This document shows positions 49,822-59,496 of a stretch of DNA of 64,000 bases, piece after piece. The translations under genes were made by a program, and so were the position numbers. The notes beneath the pieces were generated by a model. That model saw only the letters and a list, made by a program, of their open reading frames with translations, ran no database searches and had not been told where the DNA came from. The DNA is from Paracoccaceae bacterium (GTDB lineage Bacteria; Pseudomonadota; Alphaproteobacteria; Rhodobacterales; Rhodobacteraceae), in NCBI GenBank assembly GCA_031400505.1, contig JANNPZ010000023.1, positions 4,277-68,276 of the forward strand. The letters run 5' to 3'. The first letter of the stretch is position 1; every line of letters begins with the position of its first letter.

Positions 49822-50825
49822 CCGTCGATCCGCCAGTTCCACCCCGCCCGCTGCTGATCACGTTGGAAGACGATGCCGTCCCCGCCGACCCGTCCGCCGT
49901 GCCCGCTGTGCCAGACCTTGATCCGCAAGGTCGCGCGATGGTGCAGGCGGCCAGGTTGGCCACCTTGCGTCCTTCAGCCTTTGCGCGGCTGGGGGCTTGG
50001 GTCATCGGCGGGCTGGTCAGCTTTGTGCTGTCTGTCGCCGCCTGGGATTTCGTGACCGGGCTTTTTCACCGCAGCCCGGTGCTGGGATGGATCGCCTTTG
50101 CGCTGACGCTGGGGGCCGTGGCCGTTCTGGGCATTCTTGCCTTGCGCGAATGGGCCGGCTACGCGCGGCTGACCCGGCTTGACCGGTTGCGCAGTATGGC
50201 CGTTGCCGCGCATGCCTCTGCCGATCTGGCGGCGGCGCGGGGCGTCGTGGCGGGGATTGCGCGGCTATATGGCGCCCGCGCCGACACCGCCTGGGGCAGA
50301 CAACGGTTGGCCGAGCGGCAGGCCGAGGTGCTGGACGCCGACGGTCTGCTGGCACTGGCGGAAACCGAGGTGCTGGCACCGCTTGATGCCCTGGCGCGCA
50401 CAGAGGTCGAGATTGCAGCGCGAAGGGTTGCCACGGTCACCGCACTGGTGCCGATTGCGCTCGCCGATGTGGCGGCGGCGCTTTTCTCGAATGTGACGAT
50501 GATCCGGCGGATTGCCGAGATTTATGGCGGGCGGTCGGGCACGCTGGGGTCGTGGAGCCTGCTGCGAAAAGTCTTTTCATCCATGCTGGCGACGGGGGCA
50601 ATCGCGCTGACCGATGATCTTGTGGGGTCGGTGGCGGGGGGCGGGGTCATCTCGAAAATCTCGCGCCGGTTTGGCGAAGGCGTGGTCAACGGCGCGCTGA
50701 CCGCAAGGGTCGGCATCGCCGCGATAGAGCAGTGCCGCCCCCTGCCCTTTGTCGCCCAGACCCGGCCCACGGTCAGCGCGCTTGTGCGACGGGCGGTGTC
50801 GGGTCTGTTCACCGAAGGCCGCTAG
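49818..50825 (+). CDS. ycjF: YcjF-family (UPF0283) membrane protein
   Basis: N-terminal Pro-rich region, two TM helices, then the conserved C-terminal block IAEIYGGRSGTLGSWSLLRKV...GEGVVNGALTARVG. Confidence 0.8.
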   Translation: MTVDPPVPPRPLLITLEDDAVPADPSAVPAVPDLDPQGRAMVQAARLATLRPSAFARLGAWVIGGLVSFVLSVAAWDFVTGLFHRSPVLGWIAFALTLGAVAVLGILALREWAGYARLTRLDRLRSMAVAAHASADLAAARGVVAGIARLYGARADTAWGRQRLAERQAEVLDADGLLALAETEVLAPLDALARTEVEIAARRVATVTALVPIALADVAAALFSNVTMIRRIAEIYGGRSGTLGSWSLLRKVFSSMLATGAIALTDDLVGSVAGGGVISKISRRFGEGVVNGALTARVGIAAIEQCRPLPFVAQTRPTVSALVRRAVSGLFTEGR

Positions 50826-51865
50826 TGCGGTGCGGGTGCGCGCCAGTCAACCCAACGGCCATGAAAGTCGATGCGGCCAAGATTGATCGTTTGCTTGTCG
50901 CCTTGCCATAAAATCAGCGTCAGCGCTGCACCCGGGCTCTGCCCGTCGGCCTCCATTGCCAGCCGGGCCAACGGGGCCTGCGGGGTGGCGCGCGCGCCGG
51001 CGGCATCAAACATCTCTTCGCCCGTTGCCTGCACGGCGGTCGGAAAGTACTGCCATGCGACCGTGTGAAACACCAGATGCACCGCCCCCGGATGCGGCTC
51101 GGCCAGGCGCGTACCCAGCCAGTCGATCGCGTCGCCCCGGCTGACCTGCGGGCGTAGCTTTGCAGCCAGGTCCAGCGCTTGCAGCGTGCGGGCAATCCTG
51201 TCGGCCTGATCGGGCCAGACATAAGCCAGCAACCGCGCCCGGTCGGCAACGGGATCGACCGGCGCAAGGTCAACGCCCGCACGCGCACCGATCCGTGGGG
51301 CGGCAAGGGGCGGCGGCGGGCCGCGCCATTCGGGGGCAAGCAAGACCGCGCCTGGGGGCCCGAAATCCTGCGGCCCGATCCGCAGGCAATAGTGATTCCA
51401 CAACAGGTTCAAACCCGCGCTCGCGCCCAGTTCCGACAAGACAAGCGGCTTCCCGAACCGCGCATGCAGCCAGTGGCCCACAGCGATCAGTGCCGCCGAA
51501 CGGCGCACTTCGTTGGTTTGGGGCGGGCTATCGAGCCAGCGCAGCAGAAACTCTGCCTCCTGTGGCAGTGCGCGCAGGACCGCGCGGGACAGGGTTGCGT
51601 CATCGACGCTGCAAGGGGGATAGACCGCCGCCAGACCAGCCCGCCCCGCGCGCGCGAGCAGGTGCAGCCCGCCCGCCAGCCGCAGGGCCAGCGCATCCCC
51701 CCGGCTTGACGGATCGCCCGTCCAGCCAAGTACCCGGTCGGCCACGGGCGTACCCGGTTGCAAAGCCTCGGCCAGTCCGCGAAGCAGCCGCGCGGTAAAA
51801 GGCGACCCCAACGCCCGGCAGGCCTCTGCCTGATCACGGAAAGCGGCCCGAATGCGGTCAGTCAT
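50822..51865 (-). CDS. DUF2332-family protein
   Basis: MTDRIRAAFRDQAEACRALGSPFTARLL N-terminus as I recall for DUF2332. ATGA overlap with upstream pth. Confidence 0.65.
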   Translation of the reverse strand: MTDRIRAAFRDQAEACRALGSPFTARLLRGLAEALQPGTPVADRVLGWTGDPSSRGDALALRLAGGLHLLARAGRAGLAAVYPPCSVDDATLSRAVLRALPQEAEFLLRWLDSPPQTNEVRRSAALIAVGHWLHARFGKPLVLSELGASAGLNLLWNHYCLRIGPQDFGPPGAVLLAPEWRGPPPPLAAPRIGARAGVDLAPVDPVADRARLLAYVWPDQADRIARTLQALDLAAKLRPQVSRGDAIDWLGTRLAEPHPGAVHLVFHTVAWQYFPTAVQATGEEMFDAAGARATPQAPLARLAMEADGQSPGAALTLILWQGDKQTINLGRIDFHGRWVDWRAPAPH

Positions 51866-52578
51866 CTGAACTTGTCCAACAGGCGTTGCATGGCCGAGCG
51901 GGGATCGGGTTCGGGCTGTACTTTGGGTTTGGGCGCTTTGAGTTCCCCTCTGCGGTCTGGTTCGAGCGGCGGCGCGACCACGGTCGGGTCGGACGAGATC
52001 GAGGATCGCGGCGGTGAAGTGCGCAGGGCCACCGCGTTCTGGAATTTCACCAGATCACCGGCCGCAAGCGCAGGCGCGCCTTCGGAAATTCCGCGTAACA
52101 AATCCTCCAGCCAATCCGCATCCGCCTTTGCGAAATCGTTCAGCACATAGCCTGCCACCGCATCCTTATGCCCCGGATGCCCGATGCCCAGGCGCACACG
52201 CCCGTAAGCCTCGCCCAGATGTCCGTGGATCGACCGCAGGCCGTTGTGCCCGGCATGCCCACCGCCCTGTTTCACGCGCATCTTGCCCGGGGCAAGGTCA
52301 AGCTCGTCATGAAAGACCACCACCTCGTTCAAGGCCAGCTTGTAGAACGCTACCGCCCCCTGCACCGACTGGCCCGACAGGTTCATGAACGTCTCTGGCT
52401 TCAACAGCACGACCTTTTCCTGCCCCAGCCGCCCCTCGGCCATTAGCCCGGAAAACGCCTTCTTCCACGGCCCGAACCCGTGATCGGCGGCGATCCGGTC
52501 CAGCGCCATGAAGCCGATATTGTGCCGGTTGCGCGCATACTTCGCACCCGGATTGCCAAGGCCTACAAACAATCGCAT
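51862..52578 (-). CDS. pth: peptidyl-tRNA hydrolase with Pro/Lys-rich C-terminal tail
   Basis: MRLFVGLGNPGAKYARNRHNIGFM, plus GHNGLRS. Confidence 0.9.
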   Translation of the reverse strand: MRLFVGLGNPGAKYARNRHNIGFMALDRIAADHGFGPWKKAFSGLMAEGRLGQEKVVLLKPETFMNLSGQSVQGAVAFYKLALNEVVVFHDELDLAPGKMRVKQGGGHAGHNGLRSIHGHLGEAYGRVRLGIGHPGHKDAVAGYVLNDFAKADADWLEDLLRGISEGAPALAAGDLVKFQNAVALRTSPPRSSISSDPTVVAPPLEPDRRGELKAPKPKVQPEPDPRSAMQRLLDKFR

Positions 52579-52664
52579 CGGTATCGCCTTGTGTCTGATC
52601 GGGTGCAGTATGCCCCGGATTGCTGGCGGGCGGCAAGGCGGGGTGCTTGACTTGACGCGCGGGC

Positions 52665-53726
52665 TTGGGCAGCGTCACGGGCCAATCAGGAAAGCCCAAC
52701 TTGCGCCGCCACCGCACCACTGTTGTCTGCTCGATGCGAAACGAGGGGCCGTTCATTGTCGAATGGGTGGCCTGGTATCGACGGTTGGGTTTCAGCGACA
52801 TCGTGGTGGTGACCAACAATTGCACCGACCGTTCGTGCGACTTGCTGGACGCGCTGCAGGCGGCCGGATGGGTGCATCACATCCGTCACGATGTGCCACC
52901 GGGCCAACCGATCACCGCGCAGAAACTGGCAGCGGCTAAGCGGCATGTGGCGGTGCGGCGCGCGGCCTGGGTGATGGTGTGCGATGTCGATGAGTTTCTG
53001 GTGATCCACCGGGGCGAAGGGTTGCTGGTTGACCTTCTGGCCCCGCATCTGGCCGCTGATGGCACGCCGCAGTTTCTGGGCATGTCGATCAACTGGCGGG
53101 TGTTTGGCACGGACGGGCAACGGCAGTTTGTGGACACGCTGGTGCATCGGCAGTTCTTCTGGGCGCGCAACGCGCAGGCGCGACTTTCCTCGGCGGTCAA
53201 GTCGCTGCACCGCGCTCCGAAATGGTTTCAGGCCCTGGGCGAACATGGGCCCAAGGGTCTGTCACTGCGCCGTGCCAGCCGGGCATGGGGCGAGACAGGG
53301 ATGCACTGGATCGCCGCTGACGGAACGCCCCTGCCGGATTGGCAACCCGACGGCGATTACCTGCGTATTCTGGCACCCGGTCAGGCCAGCCATGCCGTGG
53401 CGCAGATCAACCATTACATGCTGCGGTCGATCGAAACCTTCAGCCTTAAACAAGGCACCCTGTCGCCGGTGGCGTTAAAGAACCGCTATGTGCCGAAATA
53501 CTTTGACGAAGCGAACCAGTCAGACGAGATGGACAACAGCGCGCTGCGCCATGCGGCGGCCTTCGATGCGGTGCACCTTGTGGCGATGGCCTTGCCGGAT
53601 GTCGCGCGGCTGCATCATCTGTGCTGCGCCGACCACCTGCGGCTGATTGCCGAAAAGGCCGGGCGGGACGTTCGCCAGGACCCGCGCCATGCAGCCCATC
53701 TGGCCAGGGCGGCCGAATTCATGTGA
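52665..53726 (+). CDS. glycosyltransferase (GT2/GT92-like, Glyco_tranf_2_4)
   Basis: VVCSMRNEGPFIVEWVAWYRRLGF...VVTNNCTD...VCDVDEFL (DxD). A more likely start is TTG 52701, after AGGAAAG. Confidence 0.7.
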   Translation: MGSVTGQSGKPNLRRHRTTVVCSMRNEGPFIVEWVAWYRRLGFSDIVVVTNNCTDRSCDLLDALQAAGWVHHIRHDVPPGQPITAQKLAAAKRHVAVRRAAWVMVCDVDEFLVIHRGEGLLVDLLAPHLAADGTPQFLGMSINWRVFGTDGQRQFVDTLVHRQFFWARNAQARLSSAVKSLHRAPKWFQALGEHGPKGLSLRRASRAWGETGMHWIAADGTPLPDWQPDGDYLRILAPGQASHAVAQINHYMLRSIETFSLKQGTLSPVALKNRYVPKYFDEANQSDEMDNSALRHAAAFDAVHLVAMALPDVARLHHLCCADHLRLIAEKAGRDVRQDPRHAAHLARAAEFM

Positions 53727-53779
53727 AAAGGGCGACAGGTTGCCCTGCCGCCCCAGTCTCGTCTGGCCGAGACAACGGG

Positions 53780-54367
53780 TTATTCGGTGTCAACAAACCC
53801 GGCAGGCGCCGCGATGTTGGCGATCACGAAATTCCGCGCGATTGTCGGCTTGGCGCCTTCGGGCAGCACGACGTCGCTGATGTGGATCACATCACCGATG
53901 TTTTTGCCGGACAGGTCCACGGTCACGTGATCCGGGATCTCTCCGGCGGTCACTTCCAGCTCGACTTCCGAACGCACCACGGTCAGCGTGCCGCCGCGCT
54001 TCAGGCCGGGGCAGGCGTCCTGATTGGCGAAATCGACGTGGATGAACAACTCGATCCGGCTGGTCCTGCGCAGGCGCATCAGGTCCACATGGGTCGGAAG
54101 ATCCTTGACCACGTCGCGCTGCACCGCGCGGCAAATGACGCGGACATCGTCCTGGCCTTCGACCTTGAGGTTGAACAGTGTTTGCAGGAAGCGGCCTTTG
54201 CGCAGCAGCTTCAGCAGATAGTTGTAGTTCAGATTGACCGGCAGCGGATCTTTGCCGCCACCATACACAATACCGGGCACGTAGCTCTCACGACGAGCTT
54301 GACGGGCGGCCCCCTTGCCTGTCCCCATCCGTGCCACGGCGATCAGATCGGGGATCTCACCAGCCAT
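53780..54367 (-). CDS. rplY: 50S ribosomal protein L25/general stress protein Ctc
   Basis: [24 protein letters not shown]-terminal L25 domain plus the Ctc C-terminal domain. Confidence 0.9.
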   Translation of the reverse strand: MAGEIPDLIAVARMGTGKGAARQARRESYVPGIVYGGGKDPLPVNLNYNYLLKLLRKGRFLQTLFNLKVEGQDDVRVICRAVQRDVVKDLPTHVDLMRLRRTSRIELFIHVDFANQDACPGLKRGGTLTVVRSEVELEVTAGEIPDHVTVDLSGKNIGDVIHISDVVLPEGAKPTIARNFVIANIAAPAGFVDTE

Positions 54368-54522
54368 AGACATTTCTCCATATATACATCCGCCGCCCTC
54401 CAAGGGTGTGCGACGCGATGGGGGGCTATAGCCGCGATTCGGTTGGATGGAAAGTGGAAAGGGGCTTGTCAGTCGAAATCCCCGGGCGGAAGCTGAGGTG
54501 TCTGACGGATCAGGAGGATGGC

Positions 54523-55683
54523 ATGCCGCAGGTCACAGTGCTGTTGGGAACCACCAAGGGGGCGTTTTTGCTGACGGGGGATCAAGCGCGCGACGGCTGG
54601 CAGGTCAGCGGGCCGCATTGCGACGGCTGGCCGATCAACCATGTGGTGGCCGACCCTGCCACGGGCACGATCTGGGCGGGGGGCGGTGGTGAATGGCCGG
54701 GGGCGGGGGTCTGGCGGTCCGTCGATGGCGGGGCCTCGTGGGATTTGTCGTTGCTGGCAAACGGCTCGCTGGATGACATGCTGCGCAATGATCCGGACGT
54801 TGCCGCTTATCTGGGCCGGGGGCCTGCGCCCGATGCGCCGTTCAAGGGCGATGTTCAGGCGGTCTGGTCGCTGGCGCTGGCGGGCGACACGCTTTACGCC
54901 GGGGGCAAGCCGGGCAAGCTTTACCGCAGCACCGACAGGGGCGTGTCATGGGCCGATGTGCCCGGCATCAACGCCCATCCCGACCGGCAGGGCTGGCAGC
55001 CGGGCGGGGCGGGGCTGGTGTTGCATTCCATCGTGACCGATCCGGGTGATCCGGCCAAGCTGTGGGTCGGGATTTCGGCCGCCGGGGTCTTTGCGACCGA
55101 AGATGGCGGGGCGACGTGGGAGGGGCGCAACCGGCTGTCCAACGCGGGCCACGCCCATGTGCATATCGGGTCTGAGGCGACGCATGCGCCGCATGAAACC
55201 GGGCTTTGCGTGCACAACATCGTGCGGGCACCGGGCAGCCCGGATGTGATGTACCAGCAGAACCACCATGGGGTCTATTCCAGCCAGGACGGCGGACGCA
55301 GCTGGCAAGAGATCAGCGACGGTTTGCCTTCGACATTCGGCTTTCCCATTGCGGTCGATCCGGCGGATCCTGCAACGATCTGGGTGCTGCCCTTGAACGG
55401 CGACACTCAGGGCCGTTTTCCGCCCGGCGCCTCGGCTGCCGTCTGGGGGTCGCGCGATGGCGGGCAGACCTGGACAACCGGGCGGGCCGGCCTGCCACAG
55501 CAGAATTGCTTCTTTACCGTCCTGCGGCAAGCGATGTCGGTAGACCGCGCCACCCCCACTGGCGTCTATTTCGGCACCAACTCCGGATCGGTCTTTGCCA
55601 GTCTGGACGGCGGCATCGAATGGAGCGAGATCGCGCGCCACCTGCCTACCGTTCTGTGCGTCGAAACCCTGACCACGCAATGA
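54523..55683 (+). CDS. BNR/Asp-box repeat beta-propeller protein (sialidase-like fold)
   Basis: Asp-box repeats [57 protein letters not shown] precedes ATG 54523. No signal peptide. Confidence 0.7.
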   Translation: MPQVTVLLGTTKGAFLLTGDQARDGWQVSGPHCDGWPINHVVADPATGTIWAGGGGEWPGAGVWRSVDGGASWDLSLLANGSLDDMLRNDPDVAAYLGRGPAPDAPFKGDVQAVWSLALAGDTLYAGGKPGKLYRSTDRGVSWADVPGINAHPDRQGWQPGGAGLVLHSIVTDPGDPAKLWVGISAAGVFATEDGGATWEGRNRLSNAGHAHVHIGSEATHAPHETGLCVHNIVRAPGSPDVMYQQNHHGVYSSQDGGRSWQEISDGLPSTFGFPIAVDPADPATIWVLPLNGDTQGRFPPGASAAVWGSRDGGQTWTTGRAGLPQQNCFFTVLRQAMSVDRATPTGVYFGTNSGSVFASLDGGIEWSEIARHLPTVLCVETLTTQ

Positions 55684-57282
55684 CCGCGCGCCCCAACGTC
55701 ATCCTGATCCTGGCCGATCACCTCGGCTTTGCGGATCTTGGCGTGACGGGATCGGAAATCCGCACGCCCCATATTGACGCGCTGGCCAAGGGCGGCGCGC
55801 TGCTGACCGCGATGTACAACTGCGCGCGGTGTTACCCTACGCGGGCGTCACTGCTGACCGGGCTTTACCCGCATCAGGCCGGGGTCGGGCATATGGGCGC
55901 GCATCTGGGCACGCCCGCCTATCAGGGCTTCTTGCGCAACGACACCGCCACCATTGCCGAACACCTGCGCGCCGCCGGATACCGCACGCTGATGTCAGGC
56001 AAATGGCATGTCGCGGGGGATTTCATGGCGCGCGAGGTTGACAGCTGGCGCGTCGGCGACATGGACCACCCCGCGCCAGCGTGGGTTCGATCGGTTCTAT
56101 GGCATCGTTGACGGGGTCACCCATTTCTTCAGCCCACATTTCATGCTGGAGGATGACGCCCGCGTCGATGTCTATCCCGATGATTTCTATTTCACGGATG
56201 CGATCACCGACAAGGCGGTCGGGATGATCGACGAGGCGCTGGCCGACGAGGTGCCGTTCTTCCTCTACCTCGCCCAGACCGCCCCACATTGGCCGCTGCA
56301 TGCCCACCCCGAGGATATCGCCCGTTATGACGGGGTCTATCGCGGCGACTGGGACGCGATCCGCACCGCGCGCCACGAGACGATGAACGCGATGGGCCTG
56401 TTCCAGACCAACTGGGATATCTCGCCCCGCGACGCGGGCGTGCGCCCCTGGGACGCCGAGACGCATCGCGATTGGGAAGCCGCCAAGATGGCGACCTATG
56501 CCGCGATGGTGGACCGGATGGACCAGTCTATCGGGCGGCTGGTGGCGGCGCTGAAGGCGCGCGGGCAGTTTGACAACACCCTGATCCTGTTTTTGTCCGA
56601 TAACGGCGGCTGTGCGGAATTCATGGCCGAGGACGGCTGGGCCAAGTTCTTTCCCGATACGCTGCGCGGTGGCCGCAAGATCGCCATGGGCAACCGCCCC
56701 GACATCCGCCCCGGCGACGCGCAGACCTATCAAAGCTATGACAAACCCTGGGCCAACGTCTCGAATGCGCCGTTCCGGCTGTTCAAGCATTATGTCCACG
56801 AGGGCGGCATCTCGACCCCGCTGATCGCGCATTGGCCTGCCGGGCTGGCGCCGCAACCCCCTCGCCATGCCGCCTGCCATGTGGTGGACCTGTTGCCTAC
56901 GATCCTAGATGTCACCGGCGCGCAATACCTGGCCGAACTCGGCGGGACGGCCATCCAGCCCGTCGAAGGGGAATCGCTGCTGGCCCTGCTGCAAGGGCAG
57001 GACTGGACACGCGCCGCCCCGATCTTCTTTGAACATGAAGGCAACGCAGCCATCCGCACTGGCGAATTCAAGCTGGTGCGGCAGTACGGGCAGACGTGGG
57101 AGCTATACGACATGTCGGTGGACCGCACAGAGTTGCACGATCTGGCAGGGCAGTGCGGTCGCATCGAGACGGACCTGCTGCTGAGCTACGACGCATGGGC
57201 GCAACGTGTCGGTGTGCTGGACTGGTCGGTGGCGTTGCCGCGTCTGATTGATGCGTGGAAAATCGGGTCTGCCGAAGGCTGA
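55680..57282 (+). pseudogene. Cys-type arylsulfatase interrupted by a +1 frameshift (or sequencing error)
   Basis: Frame 0 gives [21 protein letters not shown]...CARCYPTRASLLTG...GKWH...GDMDHP. Frame 1 continues RQRGFDRFYG...LSDNGG... to 57282. Total length is 1603 nt (3n+1). Removing one C from the C4 run at 56069-56072 restores DHPRQRGFDRFYG. Confidence 0.8.
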
Positions 57283-57372
57283 TGCGGTTTCGCTTCTGCC
57301 ATGCCGCGTGTCGTTGGCAGACGTGCCACAGCGCCGGGCAGCGGCTATCCCCATGCTGACCCCGGAGATTGC

Positions 57373-58536
57373 ATGTCGCCCCAGATCCTGATCACTGCCC
57401 GCGTGCCCTTGGCCGCCTTTGCGGCGATGGGCATCTGCTGGGGCAGCTTTGCAGCCGAATTGCCGGATCTCAAGGCAATGCTGGGTGTCGACGAGGCGCA
57501 GCTTGGTTTGCTGATCCTGTTCACGCCGATTGCCGCGGTGCTCTCGATGCTGCTGGCCCCGCGCGTGGGGCATGCCCTGGGCAGGCACGCCCTGTTGATT
57601 GCGACGCTTGCCATGGGGCTGGCCTTTGTGCTGCCCGGACAGGCATCGGCGATCTGGGTCTTTCCGATTGCCATGATGTGCTGCGGGGCGGCGACGGGGT
57701 TGACCGATGTGCTGATGACCGCGCGGGTGTCACAGATCGAGGCGGAACGCGGGCTGCATCTGATGAACCTGTCGCATGCCGCCTATTCCTTTGGCTATGC
57801 GGGCGCAGCCGTCGCGGTGGGCGCGATGCGCAGTGCCGCATGGCCACCGTCCTGGGTGATGCTGGCGATTTCGCTGGCAGCGGTGCTGCTGGCGCTTGGG
57901 ACGATGGAACGCGACGGCACCATTCACGGGCTGCTGCGCCCCAAAGGGGCGGGGGCCGGGCATCTTGGCCTGATCCCGGTGATCGGCGGCGGGATCGTGC
58001 TGATCGCCTTTCTGACCGAGAACGCCGCCGAGAACTGGTCGGCCCTGCATATCGAGCAGACGCTGGGTGGCAGCCCGGCGCAAGGCTCGGCGGGGCCTGC
58101 GGTCATCGCACTGACCATGGGATTCGCGCGGCTTGCCGGGCAAGGGCTGGTCGGGCGTTTTGGCGCGTTCCGGTTGCTGGCTGGGGGGGCGATGCTGTCG
58201 GGGTCGGGGGCGCTTGTTGCAGCAGCGGCGGTCAACCCAGGCATGGCCTATGCGGGGTTCATCATCATGGGCGTCGGCGCGTCAGTGATCTCGCCCACCG
58301 CTTTCTCGCTGGTGGGGCAATTGGCAGAGCCTTCGGCACGCGCCCGCGCGGTGGCACGGGCGACCCTGTTTGGCTATTTCGGCTACTTCTTTGGTCCGCC
58401 GATGCTTGGGCTGATCGCGGGCAGCTTCGGGCTGCGCTTCGCCTTCGTGTTTGCTGCGATCATGCTCATGTCGGTGCTGGTGCTGGCGCCCCTGATGGCC
58501 CGCCAACAAGGCGCAGGCGGCGTCATTTCTCGGTGA
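57373..58536 (+). CDS. MFS transporter
   Basis: About 387 aa with 12 predicted TM segments. Start at MSPQILITARV. Confidence 0.8.
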   Translation: MSPQILITARVPLAAFAAMGICWGSFAAELPDLKAMLGVDEAQLGLLILFTPIAAVLSMLLAPRVGHALGRHALLIATLAMGLAFVLPGQASAIWVFPIAMMCCGAATGLTDVLMTARVSQIEAERGLHLMNLSHAAYSFGYAGAAVAVGAMRSAAWPPSWVMLAISLAAVLLALGTMERDGTIHGLLRPKGAGAGHLGLIPVIGGGIVLIAFLTENAAENWSALHIEQTLGGSPAQGSAGPAVIALTMGFARLAGQGLVGRFGAFRLLAGGAMLSGSGALVAAAAVNPGMAYAGFIIMGVGASVISPTAFSLVGQLAEPSARARAVARATLFGYFGYFFGPPMLGLIAGSFGLRFAFVFAAIMLMSVLVLAPLMARQQGAGGVISR

Positions 58537-59377
58537 TCCGCACACCGTTGATCCGGCCCAGGGCCGAGTCTTGCCAGACGGATTGCCGCAGATGCCGCAG
58601 GTATTCGCCCGCAAGCCGACCGGCCTTGTTTTGCAGCGATGCATTGCCGCGCCCGCCCAGATTGAAATGCGAGGCCCCTTCGATCACCGCAAGCCGCTTT
58701 TGCCCGGGGGGAAGGCCCTCCCACGCGGTAAGCCGGGTTTGCCACGATCCGTCATAGCCATCGTCTTCGGTGCCTGTCAGCATCAGAACCGGCGCCGTGA
58801 CGTCTGCCCAGGCCCCGGTATCGGAAAAGGCCCAGCCGGTTCCTTGCGGCGACACCGCGATATAGGCGTCAAAACGCTGCTTTCCGCGAAAGGGAAGCCC
58901 GCTTTGTGCGCCCGCCTCGATCATCGTCAGGGCGGCCCCCATCGAATGACCGCCCAGCACGAAGGGGTCGGGGCGGCAATCCTTGGTGGCATAGTCGATG
59001 GCGGCCTGCAGATCGCGCGCGCGCCCGGTCCAGATGGCCGGGTCTTGCAACTGCGCCTCGATTGCGCCACGCCGCTTGATCCCAAAAAGTGCCCGCGGCC
59101 CCGAGTCGCGATGCTCCATCGCCAGAACTCGGTAGCCTTCCGCCACCGCGAGCGCATCCAGATATTCCATCGCCCGTTCGTCTCCGCCCAACCCATGCGA
59201 CAGGATCAGCGTCGGCGCACAAACGCCGTCCCAGTCACCGGCCAGCCGTGCCGCATAGCTCTGGCCATCGGCAAGGCGGATTTCCACGGTTTCGGCATTG
59301 CCGGTGGCGGGAATGCTGCCCGTTGCGAACAGACAGATGGCAAACGAAGTGAGATACGATTTCATCGACAAAAGCAT
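58523..59377 (-). CDS. secreted alpha/beta hydrolase (dienelactone hydrolase / PAF-acetylhydrolase-like)
   Basis: Signal peptide MLLSMKSYLTSFAICLFATGSIPATGNA. Nucleophile elbow GGHSMGA. SD GAGGA before ATG 59377. Confidence 0.7.
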   Translation of the reverse strand: MLLSMKSYLTSFAICLFATGSIPATGNAETVEIRLADGQSYAARLAGDWDGVCAPTLILSHGLGGDERAMEYLDALAVAEGYRVLAMEHRDSGPRALFGIKRRGAIEAQLQDPAIWTGRARDLQAAIDYATKDCRPDPFVLGGHSMGAALTMIEAGAQSGLPFRGKQRFDAYIAVSPQGTGWAFSDTGAWADVTAPVLMLTGTEDDGYDGSWQTRLTAWEGLPPGQKRLAVIEGASHFNLGGRGNASLQNKAGRLAGEYLRHLRQSVWQDSALGRINGVRITEK

Positions 59378-59496
59378 GACAGTCCTCGTTGCCGTCCTGG
59401 CGCCGGGCACCATCGCCCGATCGCTCTCAGGAACGCTGCGAGTGGCCGTTTCCGCCGCGGGTCGCTGTCACAGCTTCGTGAAGCGGGCTGGCGGGT

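Noticed and set aside
47870-50005. 711-aa ORF on the minus strand
   Set aside because: Antisense to ycjX, the GNAT gene and ycjF. Arg/Pro/Gly/Ala-dominated low-complexity translation with no motifs.
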